Assembly: GCA_030605385.1 (NCBI GenBank)
Contig: JAUWIL010000002.1
Coordinates: 1 to 37,983 of the forward strand
DNA: 37,983 nucleotides
Reading direction: 5' to 3'
Source of the DNA: Methanobacteriota archaeon
GTDB lineage: Archaea; Halobacteriota; Syntropharchaeia; JAUWIL01
Position numbers and translations under genes: made by a program. The notes under the pieces were generated by a model. It searched no databases and had not been told where the DNA came from. It saw only the letters and a program-made list of their open reading frames with translations. Positions 36,184 through 37,983 of this stretch are shown piece by piece (the stretch's first letter is position 1; each line of letters starts with the position of its first letter).

Positions 36184-37455
36184 TCACCTTGGTGCTTCAA
36201 CTATGATCTCATCGAAATAAGCGATGTGGAACGTGTCAAAGCCTACATTTCCAGATAGGACAGGATTGTCATCATCTGTAGCGGCTATTTCCAGAGTATC
36301 ATTGACATAAACCCTTATAATGTTACTGTTCAGCTCTATTTTTATATCATAGAATTGGTCTGGTTCAAAAGGATACTCTTTCATTAATTCAGGTAAATGC
36401 TCTACGTCGAAAGAACTCTTACCTCTATATAAGTACAAACTCCCTTCTTCCATACAATACTCACAAATCACAAGGTCATATGACCCACCTGGAGACTTTC
36501 TTATGTTCACATGAGTTCCTGCCCCCGGTTTAATCTTGAAGCTGAAATTGTAGTCTGTCCAGCTTGAATTACCAAAGCTCGTGACTTTGGCATGACTTTC
36601 ACTGACCAGCATTCCGTTTGTTCCATCTTCTGGGAATACAACAGACCATCCATCGCCCAACCCCCAGCTGGCGGAGCCGTCGTCAAAGTCCTCGAAGAAG
36701 TAGTACTCGACATACTCGCACTGCTGGGTTGCGTAGTCGAAGCTGTCTCCGGTAAGCTCGTTGTCGTCGTCGCAGTCAGGACAGTCTGCCGGACAGCTTG
36801 ACAGGTCCTCCACCCCCTCATCGCATATGCCGTTGCCGCAGCACGGGACTATAATCTCGTGGAGGCATTCCTGCTCGTGGTAACCGTAGCTGTCCTCCGT
36901 GCACTCGTTTTCATCGTCGCAGTTCGGGCAGTCGGTTGGGCAGTTTGAATATGTTTCAGCATCCTTATCACAGATTTCATTGCCGCAACAGGGGATGATA
37001 GGTTCATTGATACATTTTTGTTTGTGATAATCGTAGGAATCAGTAGTACAATTATTTTTATCATCACAGTTGGGGCAATCTCTGGCACAATTTGAATAGG
37101 TCTCGCCTATCTCACATCTGTCATTGCCGCAGCAGATAACGTTAGGAATGATTGCATTCACACATTTTTGCTCATGATAATCATACGAATCTACGGTGCA
37201 ATCATTATTATCATCACAATTGGGGCAGTCAGCCGCACACCCTGTGTAGTTTTCACCAACCTCACATATTTCATTTCCACAACAGTTAGTGATAGAGGAA
37301 TACACACATTCATTATCCGTACATTGTGCTGCAAAACAGGTTTTGGTCAGACAATCAGCGCTAGTCTCGCATTCTTTTTCAACGCATCCTGATATGAATG
37401 CAACCGCTAAAACAAGGATAATGAACACAGCAATCTTTCTGATCCGCATCATCAC
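36184..37455 (-). CDS. Cys-rich surface lipoprotein, paralog with 4 Cys-rich units and a divergent ConA/LamG-like C-domain
   Basis: Signal/lipobox MMMRIRKIAVFIILVLAVAFISGC. The Cys-rich region is 36718-37386. The tail is WTDYNFSFKIK...FYDIKIELNSNIIRVYVNDTLEI...VLSGNVGFDTF. Confidence 0.7.
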   Translation of the reverse strand: MMMRIRKIAVFIILVLAVAFISGCVEKECETSADCLTKTCFAAQCTDNECVYSSITNCCGNEICEVGENYTGCAADCPNCDDNNDCTVDSYDYHEQKCVNAIIPNVICCGNDRCEIGETYSNCARDCPNCDDKNNCTTDSYDYHKQKCINEPIIPCCGNEICDKDAETYSNCPTDCPNCDDENECTEDSYGYHEQECLHEIIVPCCGNGICDEGVEDLSSCPADCPDCDDDNELTGDSFDYATQQCEYVEYYFFEDFDDGSASWGLGDGWSVVFPEDGTNGMLVSESHAKVTSFGNSSWTDYNFSFKIKPGAGTHVNIRKSPGGSYDLVICEYCMEEGSLYLYRGKSSFDVEHLPELMKEYPFEPDQFYDIKIELNSNIIRVYVNDTLEIAATDDDNPVLSGNVGFDTFHIAYFDEIIVEAPR

Positions 37456-37535
37456 AAGGAGAATAATACGGCTGATATGATAAAAGTTGTGCTAGATAGC
37501 GTGCCATTTCTTAAGAGAGTAAGGATTTTCAGGTC

Positions 37536-37983
37536 TCAGCTTGGCTCCGGCTGGATTGTTCCCACCTCACTTGGCGGCGACTCTCGGGGCGGGTGAGGAG
37601 TTTCTCTGGCTCTCGCGACCTCCACGCCCATCGTCGGCGTACCCTCCTCTATAGAATAACCTGCATAGTCGTCAAGACTGAACGTTTTTTGCTCGACTCT
37701 CTTGAACGATGTCTGCTGACCTACGTTTATATCTATTATCAAATAAGGTTTAGCTGCGGATATGATGAACTCTATGTTTTCAGTTCCTGATACCACCGTG
37801 TCAACTGTGTAAGCTATGTAGCTGCCGTAAAGTGCCGGATCAGATGTGCTGAAAGTTACATTTTGCTGACGATCCACAGCCATGGTTGTAGCATGTGTTG
37901 TAATCAGCTCGTCCATGTCAAGCCCGTATACGTCTTTCCACAGAACCAACAAGAAAGGCAGGATGGTACTTCCAGCGTTGCCA
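37536..37983 (-). CDS. hypothetical protein, 3' part (frame stays open to the window end)
   Basis: The ORF track starts it at TTG 37952, but the frame continues upstream (GNAGSTILPF...) with no stop to 37983. The C-terminus is Pro-rich (PHPPRESPPSEVGTIQPEPS). I recognise no family. Confidence 0.45.
   Translation of the reverse strand, partial: GNAGSTILPFLLVLWKDVYGLDMDELITTHATTMAVDRQQNVTFSTSDPALYGSYIAYTVDTVVSGTENIEFIISAAKPYLIIDINVGQQTSFKRVEQKTFSLDDYAGYSIEEGTPTMGVEVARARETPHPPRESPPSEVGTIQPEPS

Noticed and set aside
35499-37480. Alternative-frame ORFs inside the lipoprotein genes (35499..35828, 35525..36067, 35901..36140, 36022..36258, 36507..36821, 36592..36801, 36849..37088, 37168..37392, 37289..37480)
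   Set aside because: They are by-products of the repetitive Cys-unit DNA. Only the annotated frames give signal peptides, regular Cys spacing and a folded-looking C-terminal domain.

Overview
Archaeal chromosomal window. The gene content (mch, an MfnE-like kinase, TiaS, archaeal NAC, pyrBI, tmk, asd, rubrerythrin) suggests a Methanosarcinales-type methanogen or methanotroph; that taxon call is inference. I support about 38 protein genes and saw no rRNA, tRNA, CRISPR array or transposase. Positions 1-19.8 kb are mostly housekeeping genes. Positions 19.8-31.1 kb form one long minus-strand operon-like cluster. It holds two ACAD-like genes, a 489-aa internally repeated protein, a Bzd/Bcr-type class I aryl-CoA reductase or 2-hydroxyacyl-CoA dehydratase-like module in N-O-(O')-P-Q order, a CdhC (acetyl-CoA synthase) N-terminal-domain-only protein and a CooC-type ATPase. 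A tandem-fused thymidylate-synthase-like gene sits just upstream. I consider this cluster the best candidate for an undescribed system. At 33.4-34.9 kb an otherwise intact abfD is broken by a single +1 shift at CUU_UAG_A. At 35.0-37.5 kb there are two paralogous Cys-rich lipoproteins in a visibly AT-richer segment. The most striking non-coding signal is a family of modular hairpin arrays with alternating hairpin classes, conserved linkers and covarying stems. They occur at six or more intergenic sites, and two of them supply the C-termini of genes. There are also many perfect two-copy micro tandem duplications in promoter regions. All homology calls come from reading the translations; no database search was possible.
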